The notes under the pieces were generated by a model, which was not told the DNA's origin, did not search any database, and worked only from the letters and a program-made list of their open reading frames with translations. From a candidate division WOR-1 bacterium RIFOXYB2_FULL_42_35 (lineage in GTDB: Bacteria; Margulisbacteria; WOR-1; O2-12-FULL-45-9), in the NCBI GenBank assembly GCA_001771545.1, contig MEUC01000029.1, positions 1,445-65,444 of the forward strand: a stretch of DNA of 64,000 nucleotides, written 5' to 3'. The translations under genes and the position numbers were made by a program. Of this stretch, positions 41,253 to 50,332 are shown piece after piece (positions within the stretch are counted from its first letter, which is position 1; each line of letters opens with the position of its first letter).

Positions 41253-41893
41253 TTCAATAAGTATACCGTAAAATCGCCCAAATGATAATCATGTCTTAAG
41301 ATGTATTTACCACAAACAAAACGACAAAAATGCAAGATCTCTTCCGGTTTAAAATAAAAATAGCGGCCAGATTGTCTATCTTCAAAATCACTAATTGGCA
41401 AGGCCCCTTCACTTAGAAAATTAAGAGCTGCTCCATAACGGCTGAGGTCAAACATCCTCAAGATCATCGATTTAACAAATTCCAGATGGCTTTCCGCATC
41501 TGTGGTACGAATGTTGAAGATACCCGAGGCAAAAAGATAATCAAATTGCGGAATCAAACGATCTTCCAGGATATCTTTTAATTCAAAGCGTGCTTCCGAG
41601 TATTTCTTCTTAGCCACCGCTAGGAGTTTAGCTGAGATATCGTAGCCGGAATAGTTGATCCGATGGGCTTTGAGTAATTTTTCTCGTTTTAGAAAACCGT
41701 AAAAATCACCAAACCCACAGCCCACGTCAAGAACGGAAATATTAGCTGCTTTGCGGCCATAAATAAAGATCTCTTTAAAAATCTGGTATCTTAATTTTTG
41801 GCTTTCGGGGTTATTCCAGTCCAGGGCCAGATAATTTTCACCGTGCTGGTCCAAAAGTCCTTCGAAATAATCAATCTGCGCTTGTTTGTCCAT
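41249..41893 (-). CDS. Class I SAM-dependent methyltransferase.
   Basis: VLDVGCGFGDF. Confidence 0.7.
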   Translation of the reverse strand: MDKQAQIDYFEGLLDQHGENYLALDWNNPESQKLRYQIFKEIFIYGRKAANISVLDVGCGFGDFYGFLKREKLLKAHRINYSGYDISAKLLAVAKKKYSEARFELKDILEDRLIPQFDYLFASGIFNIRTTDAESHLEFVKSMILRMFDLSRYGAALNFLSEGALPISDFEDRQSGRYFYFKPEEILHFCRFVCGKYILRHDYHLGDFTVYLLK

Positions 41894-41949
41894 AAGAATA
41901 AAAAAAGTTTAACACTATTTATTTATGATTTCAACGCAGAAAAAGCGCA

Positions 41950-42240
41950 GAAAAAGTGTCCCCCAAAGTGTATTTCGGGGGGAATGAGCCAAAAGAATAA
42001 CGCAGCGCCTAAGAGGCGCTGCTACGCGGGGGACCTAAATAGTTACAAATTCTTTCAAATAATTTTTGGGTTTCGTGAAATTTCTTCTTAAAATCATAGA
42101 CAACATATATAGAGAGCTCCGAAAAACTCGTTTTCTTCGCGTAGGCGACCCTCTTAGGGTCGCTCGTTGTCGACGAGAAGCAGAGCCTAAGAGGCTCTGC
42201 TACGCGAGTTAAAGGTTATTTTTTCGGAGGTCTCATATAT
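41950..42240. repeat. Cluster of three AAG-triloop hairpin units with MITE-like inverted arms and TA-repeat flanks. Related to 6643-6753.
   Basis: Hairpins read directly: GCAGCGCCT-AAG-AGGCGCTGC-TACGCG (42002-42028), GCGACCCT…AGGGTCGC (42144-42163, inverted) and GCAGAGCCT-AAG-AGGCTCTGC-TACGCG (42180-42206). Arms are ATATATAGAGAGCTCCGAAAAA / TTTTTTCGGAGGTCTCATATAT. Confidence 0.7.
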
Positions 42241-42241
42241 C

Positions 42242-43906
42242 ATGATAGCTAACGCCAATTTTGGAAGTTTATATGCTTATCTAAAACCTGGTCGCACTCC
42301 AGGCAAGAGCCAACCTTTGCTGCAAAGATTAGCTAAACAGAAAACAGTATCCAGAGGCATTGTTGCTGCAGCTAAAACCGATCTGACAATTAGCTCTAGG
42401 CTGGAAAGGCAGAATCTTTCTGCCATCGATTTTGAGCGGCTTGAAGGCCAAGCCTGCCAAACAAGACTCACTGCAATTGGGTTAATAGAAAATCGGCACG
42501 ATATGTTTGTCACTGAGGCAGAGTTAGAGGCTGCCCCTGCTCAACGCCAGCAATCAGGAACAGACACTGTTGTAGCCAGCGGTTTTGTCCATCCGGTGGC
42601 AAACGGAAATGGTCAAAGTACAAAACCAAAAGGCGGCCTGATCACAGAGGGATCCTTTCACCGGCCAGTTGTTCGTCTAATATACTCAACAATAGAACAA
42701 GGACATGTTTATATTTATCGGAACAAACTACAACCGGATAAAAATCTGGAAACAGAAGTTTTTCCGCTTGAAGGAGAACCTTTGCCCGAAAATGTTCTTG
42801 TAAGGGTCTGCTCAGATAATGAACTGGAAATCTGTTATCCTGACGGCAGTCATAGCCATTATATTGATTCCAATCATGCTGCAGGTTTTAGAATTACTAA
42901 GCTCGCACCATATTTAGCAGATATTGAATCAATTGCCGGGTATTTTTTCATGAAGGTTTCCGGTGAGGGGGAATTAGCCTTAGCTAATAGAGTTATCCCT
43001 CTGCCAAGATATGAAAGTCAATATGTTAAAGTAACCTTTGTTTATGGACAAATTACCATTGAGAATCCCGATACGAGAGAAACCTTATTCCAGTTTAAAC
43101 AAAAGAACCAAACAAGATTGCACCCCAAAGCCGCAGCAGTTGATTTAGCCTCACTTTCCGGAAGAGAGATAAGAGAGGTAAGCAAAGATGGCTCTTTTGG
43201 CTTAGGAGGTTCAACGCTATACTTGGCTCGTCACCATTACGGTAAAACGATCGCCATTGAACTTCGTGCTGGCCTCATCATCTCTATAACGGACCAGACA
43301 ACAAGACAACCGATTCCTCTGGAAGATCTGCGGGTTACTCACATTTATAGCAGCCAAGGTAGAAGAATAGGCTTTATCCCTGTTAAACATCATTTTAGTC
43401 AGGCTGATTTTAGGAGAAGAACTGGTTGGTTGCTTTTAGATGAAATTAGAGGCAAAACTTTCTACCATTGCAATGGCAAAGTCCCCTTCCCTCAAGGTTT
43501 TACCCGAGTATTTGCCAGGCTGGAAAATGGTAAAATCCTTGGTTATCACTGCTATCATGATGCCCAAGCTTTGCCCAATCAGGCTCCTGATAATCCGGTT
43601 TGGTTTAAGAGGTTATATCTAAATAGCAAAAGACCGCACTTGGTAACTCCAAAACCAGACCAGGATTTCTGGCAACAATTTTATGCAACTCCAGGAGCAA
43701 GAGTAACACATTATCAGGTTCCCAAAAATCTAAGGACTTCAATTGGTTTAACAGGAACAAGATATGTTGAGCAAAAATTCGCCAGACACTGGCAAATCAT
43801 TACTAATCTTGGAAATGGGAAACTTCTGTTTAGCTACTACAAAAACCCAACGTCTAATCCGAAAGAAAAACCGGTTGCAACCGAAGTCTGGGATATCCCT
43901 AAATAA
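42242..43906 (+). CDS. Hypothetical protein (554 aa). No recognised domain.
   Basis: Long ORF starting directly after the repeat cluster. Arg/Gln-rich, with composition distinct from its neighbours. Confidence 0.55.
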   Translation: MIANANFGSLYAYLKPGRTPGKSQPLLQRLAKQKTVSRGIVAAAKTDLTISSRLERQNLSAIDFERLEGQACQTRLTAIGLIENRHDMFVTEAELEAAPAQRQQSGTDTVVASGFVHPVANGNGQSTKPKGGLITEGSFHRPVVRLIYSTIEQGHVYIYRNKLQPDKNLETEVFPLEGEPLPENVLVRVCSDNELEICYPDGSHSHYIDSNHAAGFRITKLAPYLADIESIAGYFFMKVSGEGELALANRVIPLPRYESQYVKVTFVYGQITIENPDTRETLFQFKQKNQTRLHPKAAAVDLASLSGREIREVSKDGSFGLGGSTLYLARHHYGKTIAIELRAGLIISITDQTTRQPIPLEDLRVTHIYSSQGRRIGFIPVKHHFSQADFRRRTGWLLLDEIRGKTFYHCNGKVPFPQGFTRVFARLENGKILGYHCYHDAQALPNQAPDNPVWFKRLYLNSKRPHLVTPKPDQDFWQQFYATPGARVTHYQVPKNLRTSIGLTGTRYVEQKFARHWQIITNLGNGKLLFSYYKNPTSNPKEKPVATEVWDIPK

Positions 43907-44918
43907 GTTTATCCGCAATCATCCGCTCGGCGATTAAAACCGCATTAAGCGCAGCACCACGACGCAGGTTGTCAGACACAATCCACATCTCGATACCGTT
44001 TTTTTGCGAAATGTCTTCGCGGATGCGGCCAACATAAGTGTCATTTAACCCGGCACATTCAAGCGGAGTTGGATACTCCCCTTTGCTGGGATTATCAAGG
44101 ACTTTACAGGTCGGGAAAGCAGCAATTAGCTTTCTAACTTCTTCAACCGAGATCTTCTTTTTAGTCTTAATGTTAACCACTTCGGAATGGCCGACAGCAA
44201 CAGGAACACGCACACAAGTTGCCGTTACATTGATTGAATCATCCTCAAAGATTTTTTTGGTTTCATTAACCATTTTCATCTCTTCCTTGGTATAGCCATT
44301 GTCAGTAAACTGATCAATCTGTGGCACAACGTTAAAAGCAATCTGTTTAAAAATATACTTGGCTTCAACTTTGGCTTTAGGATCAGCCATTAAGGTTTTA
44401 ACCTGATCATACATTTCTGCGATAGCCTCTTTACCCCAGCCTGAAACAGCCTGGTAAGTAGAAATAACTAAACGCTCAATGCCAACTGCATCATAAATTG
44501 GTTTGAGCGGCAAAACCATTTGCGCAGTAGAACAGTTTGGGTTAGCAATAATCCCTTTATGTCTTTTAAGGGCTTGGGGATTTACTTCCGGCACAACAAG
44601 GGGAACTTCTGGGTCCATACGAAAGTGGCTGGTATTATCAATAACCACACAGTTTCTTTTCGCAGCTTCCGGAGCTAAAACCTTAGAGATTGAGGCTCCA
44701 GCAGAAAATAAACCGATGTCCATCCCCTCAAAAACTTCTGGGGTGGCCTCAATTACTTCGTAGTCCTGGCCTTTAAAAGTTACTTTACTGCCAGCAGTAC
44801 GCGAAGAAGCCAAGGGTAAAAACTTCCCGACCGGGAAGTTTTGTTCTTCTAAAACCTTCATCATCTCTTTACCAACCATGCCGGTTGCGCCTAACACACA
44901 AACATTGTATTTTTTCAT
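43899..44918 (-). CDS. asd: Aspartate-semialdehyde dehydrogenase.
   Basis: MKKYNVCVLGATGMVG… plus an active-site Cys region. Confidence 0.85.
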   Translation of the reverse strand: MKKYNVCVLGATGMVGKEMMKVLEEQNFPVGKFLPLASSRTAGSKVTFKGQDYEVIEATPEVFEGMDIGLFSAGASISKVLAPEAAKRNCVVIDNTSHFRMDPEVPLVVPEVNPQALKRHKGIIANPNCSTAQMVLPLKPIYDAVGIERLVISTYQAVSGWGKEAIAEMYDQVKTLMADPKAKVEAKYIFKQIAFNVVPQIDQFTDNGYTKEEMKMVNETKKIFEDDSINVTATCVRVPVAVGHSEVVNIKTKKKISVEEVRKLIAAFPTCKVLDNPSKGEYPTPLECAGLNDTYVGRIREDISQKNGIEMWIVSDNLRRGAALNAVLIAERMIADKLI

Positions 44919-44963
44919 GACAACTTGGTTAAAACCCATTCCTTTCGTTAAATAAAGTAGTTT

Positions 44964-45212
44964 TTAAAATAATTCTAAAACAAGCGCTTCTTTACTGATC
45001 TCTAAATAGGCGCTTATATCTTTTAAAATATTATTCAAGGTGCCTATCTTAATTTCATCATGGTCCGGAATAGTAATTTTATGTTCAATCCCTTTATAAA
45101 GAGATTTTAACCTGATATGGCTGCCCGTTTCTCTTTCTGCCTGATAGCCATATTTCTTATTAAGAAGCTTAATTAATTCTCTACCGGAAATATCTCTTGG
45201 TATCTTAGGCAT
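44964..45212 (-). CDS. hicA: HicA-family mRNA-interferase toxin.
   Basis: …ISGRELIKLLNKKYGYQAERETGSHIRLKS…. Confidence 0.55.
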   Translation of the reverse strand: MPKIPRDISGRELIKLLNKKYGYQAERETGSHIRLKSLYKGIEHKITIPDHDEIKIGTLNNILKDISAYLEISKEALVLELF

Positions 45213-45441
45213 AAGTTAGAGTTTCCTCTCTAACTATATGAAGAATCACGACCGAAGGGATATCTTCTTTTTTTTCGAAGTGGCAAGCCAAAGCTTTTTT
45301 GATATTGTCTTTTAATTCAGGAAGATTATCCGCTTCGGTAAATATCGATTGTCCCAAAGCCTTGGCACTATAACCGCCGCTTAGATCTTCTTCTACCATA
45401 AAAATTATTTCTGTCTTCACCATTTTAGTTCCTCCTTGCAA
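45205..45441 (-). CDS. hicB: HicB-family antitoxin (UPF0150).
   Basis: …EEDLSGGYSAKALGQSIFTEADNLPELKDNIKKAL…. Confidence 0.55.
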   Translation of the reverse strand: MQGGTKMVKTEIIFMVEEDLSGGYSAKALGQSIFTEADNLPELKDNIKKALACHFEKKEDIPSVVILHIVREETLTYA

Positions 45442-45471
45442 TCTGTATTATTGTCATATTATAACATTACC

Positions 45472-45690
45472 TCAAAATCCTACTCCTGCCTTACAAACAG
45501 AACCAGCCGAAGTCCCAGCCACACACCTATCATCAGCTACATTGCCTTGACTACAACCACCAGGCCCACCAGCACTTTGCCCAGCAGAACAAGCTGGTTG
45601 GGGTGCTGCTTCGCCGTTCATACAGACACCCATTGTTGTGTCGAGAGAAAAAAACATGTGTACTTTTGGCGTAGAATATTCTCTTTGCAT
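45472..45690 (-). CDS. Small Gly/Ser/Cys-rich peptide (72 aa) with five C-x-x-G motifs. Candidate RiPP precursor.
   Basis: Leader-like N-terminus MQREYSTPKVHMFFSLDTTMG, then core VCMNG…ACSAG…GCSQG…RCVAG…VCKAG. Confidence 0.45.
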   Translation of the reverse strand: MQREYSTPKVHMFFSLDTTMGVCMNGEAAPQPACSAGQSAGGPGGCSQGNVADDRCVAGTSAGSVCKAGVGF

Positions 45691-45705
45691 AGTAAAAGAT
45701 ATTGT

Positions 45706-45960
45706 TTAGGCTGCACTATTTCCAGAACCACACCTAGTCTGAACCCCAGTGTTACCACCTAAATAACAATTGTCTTCGCCTGGCCCAGAACCGTCATAAC
45801 ATCTAAAGTTAGAACTCCCGCCGCCACAATTTTGAAGCCCAGGATCTGATCCCAAATCGCACTCCATCCCCGGAGTACTAGCCCCACTCCCACTAATACA
45901 AGCACCAACCCCTTGATCCAAAATATTGAAAAGAACCAATCGTGGAATTTCGTACTTCAT
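45706..45960 (-). CDS. Small Gly/Ser/Cys-rich peptide (84 aa) with six C-x-x-G motifs. Paralogue of the preceding ORF.
   Basis: MKYEIPRLVLFNILDQGVG leader, then a core with CISG, CDLG, CGGG, CYDG, CYLG, CGSG. Confidence 0.45.
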   Translation of the reverse strand: MKYEIPRLVLFNILDQGVGACISGSGASTPGMECDLGSDPGLQNCGGGSSNFRCYDGSGPGEDNCYLGGNTGVQTRCGSGNSAA

Positions 45961-46010
45961 AAAGTTCCCTCCATATTTATTTATCTATCGACTTATGATA
46001 TTATAATATA

Positions 46011-46580
46011 ATGCAAAGCAAAATCAAGGCCTGTCTCAAAGAAAGTATCGAAGTTAAAAACCTGGTTTTAAAAAGCCTGATACCACAAATTGAACAAGCC
46101 GCTAAAATAATGATTGCTGCTCTTAAAAACGGCAATAAAATCATGTTTTTTGGTAATGGCGGCTCTGCAGCTGATGCGCAACACTTGGCTGGCGAGTTAA
46201 TTGGTCGTTTTTTAAAAGAACGTAAATCTCTCCCAGCAATTGCTTTAACAACCGACACTTCAATTCTGACCTGTTTGGCCAATGATTACACTTTTGACTA
46301 TATTTTTGCTCGTCAAATCGAAGGATTGGCTAAACCAGGAGACATTGCTTTTGGAATTTCTACGTCCGGCAACTCAAAAAATGTTATCCAAGGCCTGGAA
46401 AAAGCTAAAGAGCTGGGCTGTAAAACCATTGGCCTGCTTGGTTGTGACGGGGGGAGAATAACAGACTTAGTTGATGTGGCTATAACTGTCCCCTGCAAAG
46501 CCACCCCTCATATTCAGGAAAGCCATATCACCATCGGCCATATCCTCTGTGGATTAATTGAAGAGGAAGTGACAAAATAG
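46011..46580 (+). CDS. gmhA: Phosphoheptose isomerase (SIS domain).
   Basis: …IMFFGNGGSAADAQHLAGEL…. Confidence 0.85.
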   Translation: MQSKIKACLKESIEVKNLVLKSLIPQIEQAAKIMIAALKNGNKIMFFGNGGSAADAQHLAGELIGRFLKERKSLPAIALTTDTSILTCLANDYTFDYIFARQIEGLAKPGDIAFGISTSGNSKNVIQGLEKAKELGCKTIGLLGCDGGRITDLVDVAITVPCKATPHIQESHITIGHILCGLIEEEVTK

Positions 46581-47128
46581 TGAACAAGGCTGTTTTCCTC
46601 GATCGTGACGGCACCATTATTGAAGATGTGGGCTATCTCAATAACCCTCAAGAGATTAAGTTTATCCACGGTTCAATTGAAGCGATCAAAAAACTGAATG
46701 AAGCCGATTACAAAGTCATCGTTATTACTAATCAAGCAGGCATAGCTCGTGAATTAATTATTGAAAATATGCTCCAGACCATTGATAAAACCTTGCAAAA
46801 AGAGATCCTCAATGGCGGGGCTTATATTGATGCCATTTATTATTGTCCCCACCATGCAGAACACGGTTATTATCCCTATAAACAGGACTGTAAGTGTCGC
46901 AAACCTGAACCAGGCATGATCCTAAAAGCTGCTAAGGATCATAATATCGATTTATCACAGTCTTGGATGATTGGTGATAAACGAACAGATGTTTATGCTG
47001 GCAAAAAGGCTGGCACAAAGACTATTCTTGTTATGTCTGGACGTGGCGTAGAAGAAAAGCCTAAGCTAACAGAACAACCGGATTATTATACCGAAAACCT
47101 TTTAGAAGCTGTCAAGAAAATCATTTAA
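46580..47128 (+). CDS. gmhB: D,D-heptose 1,7-bisphosphate phosphatase (HAD-IIIA).
   Basis: AVFLDRDGTII…. Confidence 0.8.
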   Translation: MNKAVFLDRDGTIIEDVGYLNNPQEIKFIHGSIEAIKKLNEADYKVIVITNQAGIARELIIENMLQTIDKTLQKEILNGGAYIDAIYYCPHHAEHGYYPYKQDCKCRKPEPGMILKAAKDHNIDLSQSWMIGDKRTDVYAGKKAGTKTILVMSGRGVEEKPKLTEQPDYYTENLLEAVKKII

Positions 47129-47167
47129 CGCTTGCTCCCCCCTCCCCAAAAAGTTATAATTATCGTC

Positions 47168-48622
47168 ATGGAAAGACTAAAAACTCTTATTCCTGGATTT
47201 GAAGGTAAAAAGGTCTTGGTCATCGGCGACCTGATGCTGGATGAACACATCTGGAGCAAAGTTAATAGGATTTCCCCTGAAGCACCTGTTCCAATTGCCC
47301 AAGTCAGCAAAATCACTCACGTACCCGGTGGCTGCGGCAACGTGGCTGCAAATATCAAAACATTATCAGGAACTCCGCTGCTCATGGGACTGGTTGGAAC
47401 CGATAGCTCCGGGCAAAAACTGATCAAAGCCCTTAAAGGCTTGAAGATTGATACTGCCTACGTTATTAGAACCAAAGACCGGCCCACCATTTTAAAATCA
47501 AGGATCATTGCCGCCAGCCAACAGGTGATTAGGGTTGATCGTGAAGACAGCGAAACTATCCCTCAAGAACTTGAAACAATAATATTAAACAAACTCAAAA
47601 AAAATATTGCCGCTGCCGATGCTGTTATTCTTTCTGATTATAAAAAAGGGATGTTATCGGAAAAGATCTGTGCTGAAGCAATCCGCTTAGCAAGAAAATA
47701 TAAAAAACCTTTGGCAGTTGACCCCAAAGGCCAGGATTATGCAAAATACGATCGGGCCATGGTTATCACTCCAAACCTGGCTGAAGCAGAAACAGCCACT
47801 AAGATTAAGATTGTTGACGAGAAAAGTTTATTGAAAGCAGGCAGGATACTACTTGAACAAACCAACGCCGATAATATTATTATCACCAGGGGCAAAGATG
47901 GTTTATCTATTTTCGCTAAGGCTGGCACAGTTAAACACGTTCCAGCTATCCCCAGAGAAGTTTTTGACATTACCGGAGCTGGAGACACGGTAATTGCCAC
48001 CTTGGCCTTAGCCTTAGCCTCCGGAGCGTCAGTCAACGAAGCTGCCAGCTTAGGAAATTATGCCGCTGCTGTAGCAGTCTCAAAAATCGGCACTCAACCG
48101 GTTTATAAAGATGAACTGGAAGAAGCCCTGGAAGAAAACGATCCGATTGGTCACAAAATAAAGGCTCGCAGTGAATTAAGAAAAATCATCAAACGGCTTA
48201 AGAGTCAAAACAATAAGATTGTTTTTACTAATGGTTGTTTCGACTTACTACATCTTGGGCATGTCAGATATTTAAAACAAGCTAAGAAGTTGGGAGATGT
48301 CTTAATCGTTGGGCTCAACACTGATTCTTCTGTAAAAAATCTTAAAGGAAGTCCCAGGCCTTATGTTGGCGAGATGGAACGGGCAGAAATAATTGCTTCC
48401 TTAGAATGCGTTGACTATGTCACCATATTTTCCGAACTAAGACCAGACAATCTGATTAAAATAGTTAAGCCGGATGTCCACGTTAAGGGTGGCGATTACA
48501 AAATCAGCGCTCTGCCAGAGAAAAAACTAGTTGAAGAATTGGGTGGAGAAGTTGTAGTGATACCGCCGATCAAGGGAAGGTCTACCACTAATATTGTGGA
48601 GAAGATATTGGCTAGGAAATAA
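47168..48622 (+). CDS. hldE: Bifunctional D-beta-D-heptose 7-phosphate kinase / heptose 1-phosphate adenylyltransferase.
   Basis: N-terminal ribokinase-like domain (GAGDT) plus a C-terminal cytidylyltransferase domain (NGCFDLLHLGH). Confidence 0.85.
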   Translation: MERLKTLIPGFEGKKVLVIGDLMLDEHIWSKVNRISPEAPVPIAQVSKITHVPGGCGNVAANIKTLSGTPLLMGLVGTDSSGQKLIKALKGLKIDTAYVIRTKDRPTILKSRIIAASQQVIRVDREDSETIPQELETIILNKLKKNIAAADAVILSDYKKGMLSEKICAEAIRLARKYKKPLAVDPKGQDYAKYDRAMVITPNLAEAETATKIKIVDEKSLLKAGRILLEQTNADNIIITRGKDGLSIFAKAGTVKHVPAIPREVFDITGAGDTVIATLALALASGASVNEAASLGNYAAAVAVSKIGTQPVYKDELEEALEENDPIGHKIKARSELRKIIKRLKSQNNKIVFTNGCFDLLHLGHVRYLKQAKKLGDVLIVGLNTDSSVKNLKGSPRPYVGEMERAEIIASLECVDYVTIFSELRPDNLIKIVKPDVHVKGGDYKISALPEKKLVEELGGEVVVIPPIKGRSTTNIVEKILARK

Positions 48623-48624
48623 AC

Positions 48625-49311
48625 ATGATAAAGATCAAAGATCAAAATTTAAAGATCAAAACAAATCCCCAGATCAAAATCCCAAAGAATAAAAAGATTG
48701 GAGTTTTGATCTTATTATTTGGGATTTGTTTTGGATTTTGGTCTTTGAGCTTTGAACTTCCTGCCAAGGCCTGGAGCATCAACACCGAACTCAGGCAAGA
48801 AATAGCGGCTAAGCAAGCCGCGGTGGCTAAAGCACCCAACAGCGCCCTAGCCCACTTTGACCTGGGCATCACCTATGCTTACACCAACAACATCCAAAAA
48901 GGCTGGGACGAACTAAAAAAAGTTGAAGAACTAAACCCCAAGTTTCGCTCACAAGGCAGGAATCTTTACATTAACAAGGTCACCGCAGATCCCGATGATT
49001 GGCGGCTGCGGTTTCGCCTGGCTTTTGCCTACTATTTTAACAATGAAAAAAATGATGCCATCAGAGAACTTAAAAATGTTTTAATTATTGATCCTAATAA
49101 TGTTTGGGCTTATGGCTACTTGGCTCTAATTTATGGGGAACTAAACGAAGTTGATACCGCCATAGATTACACTAAAAAAGGCATAAAGATTGATAGCAAT
49201 GTTGCTGCCCTTCATCTCCTCCTGTCAGAAGGCTATTATAAAAAAGGCAACTCTTGGGGCGGTTTTATAGAAAGAATGGAAGCAGTCCGTTTACTAGCTT
49301 TAGGATTTTAA
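48625..49311 (+). CDS. TPR-repeat protein with an N-terminal signal anchor. The first ~55 codons are encoded by a palindromic heptamer-repeat element.
   Basis: TPR motifs …AHFDLGITYAY… and WAYGYLALIYGE. The N-terminus MIKIKDQNLKIK…GVLILLFGICFGFWSLSF lies within repeat DNA. Confidence 0.6.
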   Translation: MIKIKDQNLKIKTNPQIKIPKNKKIGVLILLFGICFGFWSLSFELPAKAWSINTELRQEIAAKQAAVAKAPNSALAHFDLGITYAYTNNIQKGWDELKKVEELNPKFRSQGRNLYINKVTADPDDWRLRFRLAFAYYFNNEKNDAIRELKNVLIIDPNNVWAYGYLALIYGELNEVDTAIDYTKKGIKIDSNVAALHLLLSEGYYKKGNSWGGFIERMEAVRLLALGF

Positions 49312-49312
49312 G

Positions 49313-50332
49313 ATGAAACTTTCTTATCGGATTATTCTGGGCTTATTTCTCGCTTTTATTATTTGGATTTTTTATTGGGCACTTTTTTCTCCGAAAGAAA
49401 ATATTTCTGTACACATCTACAAAACCTTAAAACAACAAGAGCAGCGGGCTGACTTGGCTTTTAAAGAAGTCAGCTTTGAAGAAATTGATGCCGGCATCAA
49501 ATACTGGCAGTTGTTTGCCAACACAGCCATGATGAATAAATCTAACCAACTGGCTACCCTTAAAGAATCAAATGGGACCTTCTTCAGCAATGGCCAGCCG
49601 GCACTGTTGTTCCAATCCCCTGTTGCCCTTTGGGACATGAAAAAGAAAGAGATTTATCTTGACCAACCAATTGGCTACGATGTTTCTTTAAAAGAAAAAA
49701 TCACCGCTCTAACTAAAAACCTTAAGAATTCACAGCGTCAATCTGTTTTTAACCTGCGGGACAAGAAGAACGGCAAAGCCCTCTGGTTTGTCGCCAACAA
49801 TTTGAGCTGGAAATTGGCTGACAAAAAAATTGTTTGCACCGGCGATATTGTCATAAAAAAAAGCCGTGTGATCGGCTATGCTGAAAAGTTAAATGGCGAT
49901 GTCTCTTTAGAAGAAATCAAAGTTTCCGGTAATCCCAGAGTTATCATCAACCCAAAAAATAACAGTCCGATCACTATGGAAGCAAATTATTTTGAAATAG
50001 ACAGTCCTGCAGAAACAATTACTGCCAAGGGCAACTCCAAGATTTTCTGGCAAGAAGCAATAATTACCTGTCGTGAGGTTAAATACTTTGAAAATAGTAA
50101 CAAACTTGATCTTAGCGGCGAGGTAAAAATAACTTACCAGGATATCAGGGCCCAGGGAGATTCTGCCATCTATAATATTAATAAAGACGAAATTGTTCTA
50201 ACCGGTAAAACCCGGGCCAAACAAAAAGAAAACCGGCTGCGAGGAGAGAAAATCATGGTTTCATTAAAGGAAAATAAAATTTCTGTTTTTGGCCAAGGTA
50301 AATTTATTATCAGCGAAGAGGAGCTAAAATGA
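49313..50332 (+). CDS. Membrane-anchored periplasmic protein, possibly LptC/LptA (OstA-like).
   Basis: N-terminal TM segment, then a beta-rich Lys/Asn-rich domain. Assignment is by context (LPS genes nearby) and is weak. Confidence 0.3.
   Translation: MKLSYRIILGLFLAFIIWIFYWALFSPKENISVHIYKTLKQQEQRADLAFKEVSFEEIDAGIKYWQLFANTAMMNKSNQLATLKESNGTFFSNGQPALLFQSPVALWDMKKKEIYLDQPIGYDVSLKEKITALTKNLKNSQRQSVFNLRDKKNGKALWFVANNLSWKLADKKIVCTGDIVIKKSRVIGYAEKLNGDVSLEEIKVSGNPRVIINPKNNSPITMEANYFEIDSPAETITAKGNSKIFWQEAIITCREVKYFENSNKLDLSGEVKITYQDIRAQGDSAIYNINKDEIVLTGKTRAKQKENRLRGEKIMVSLKENKISVFGQGKFIISEEELK

Noticed and set aside
49313-50332. Confident LptC/LptA annotation
   Set aside because: Only the topology and the LPS-gene context support it. 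I could not see a sequence-level OstA motif, so it is kept as a low-confidence call.
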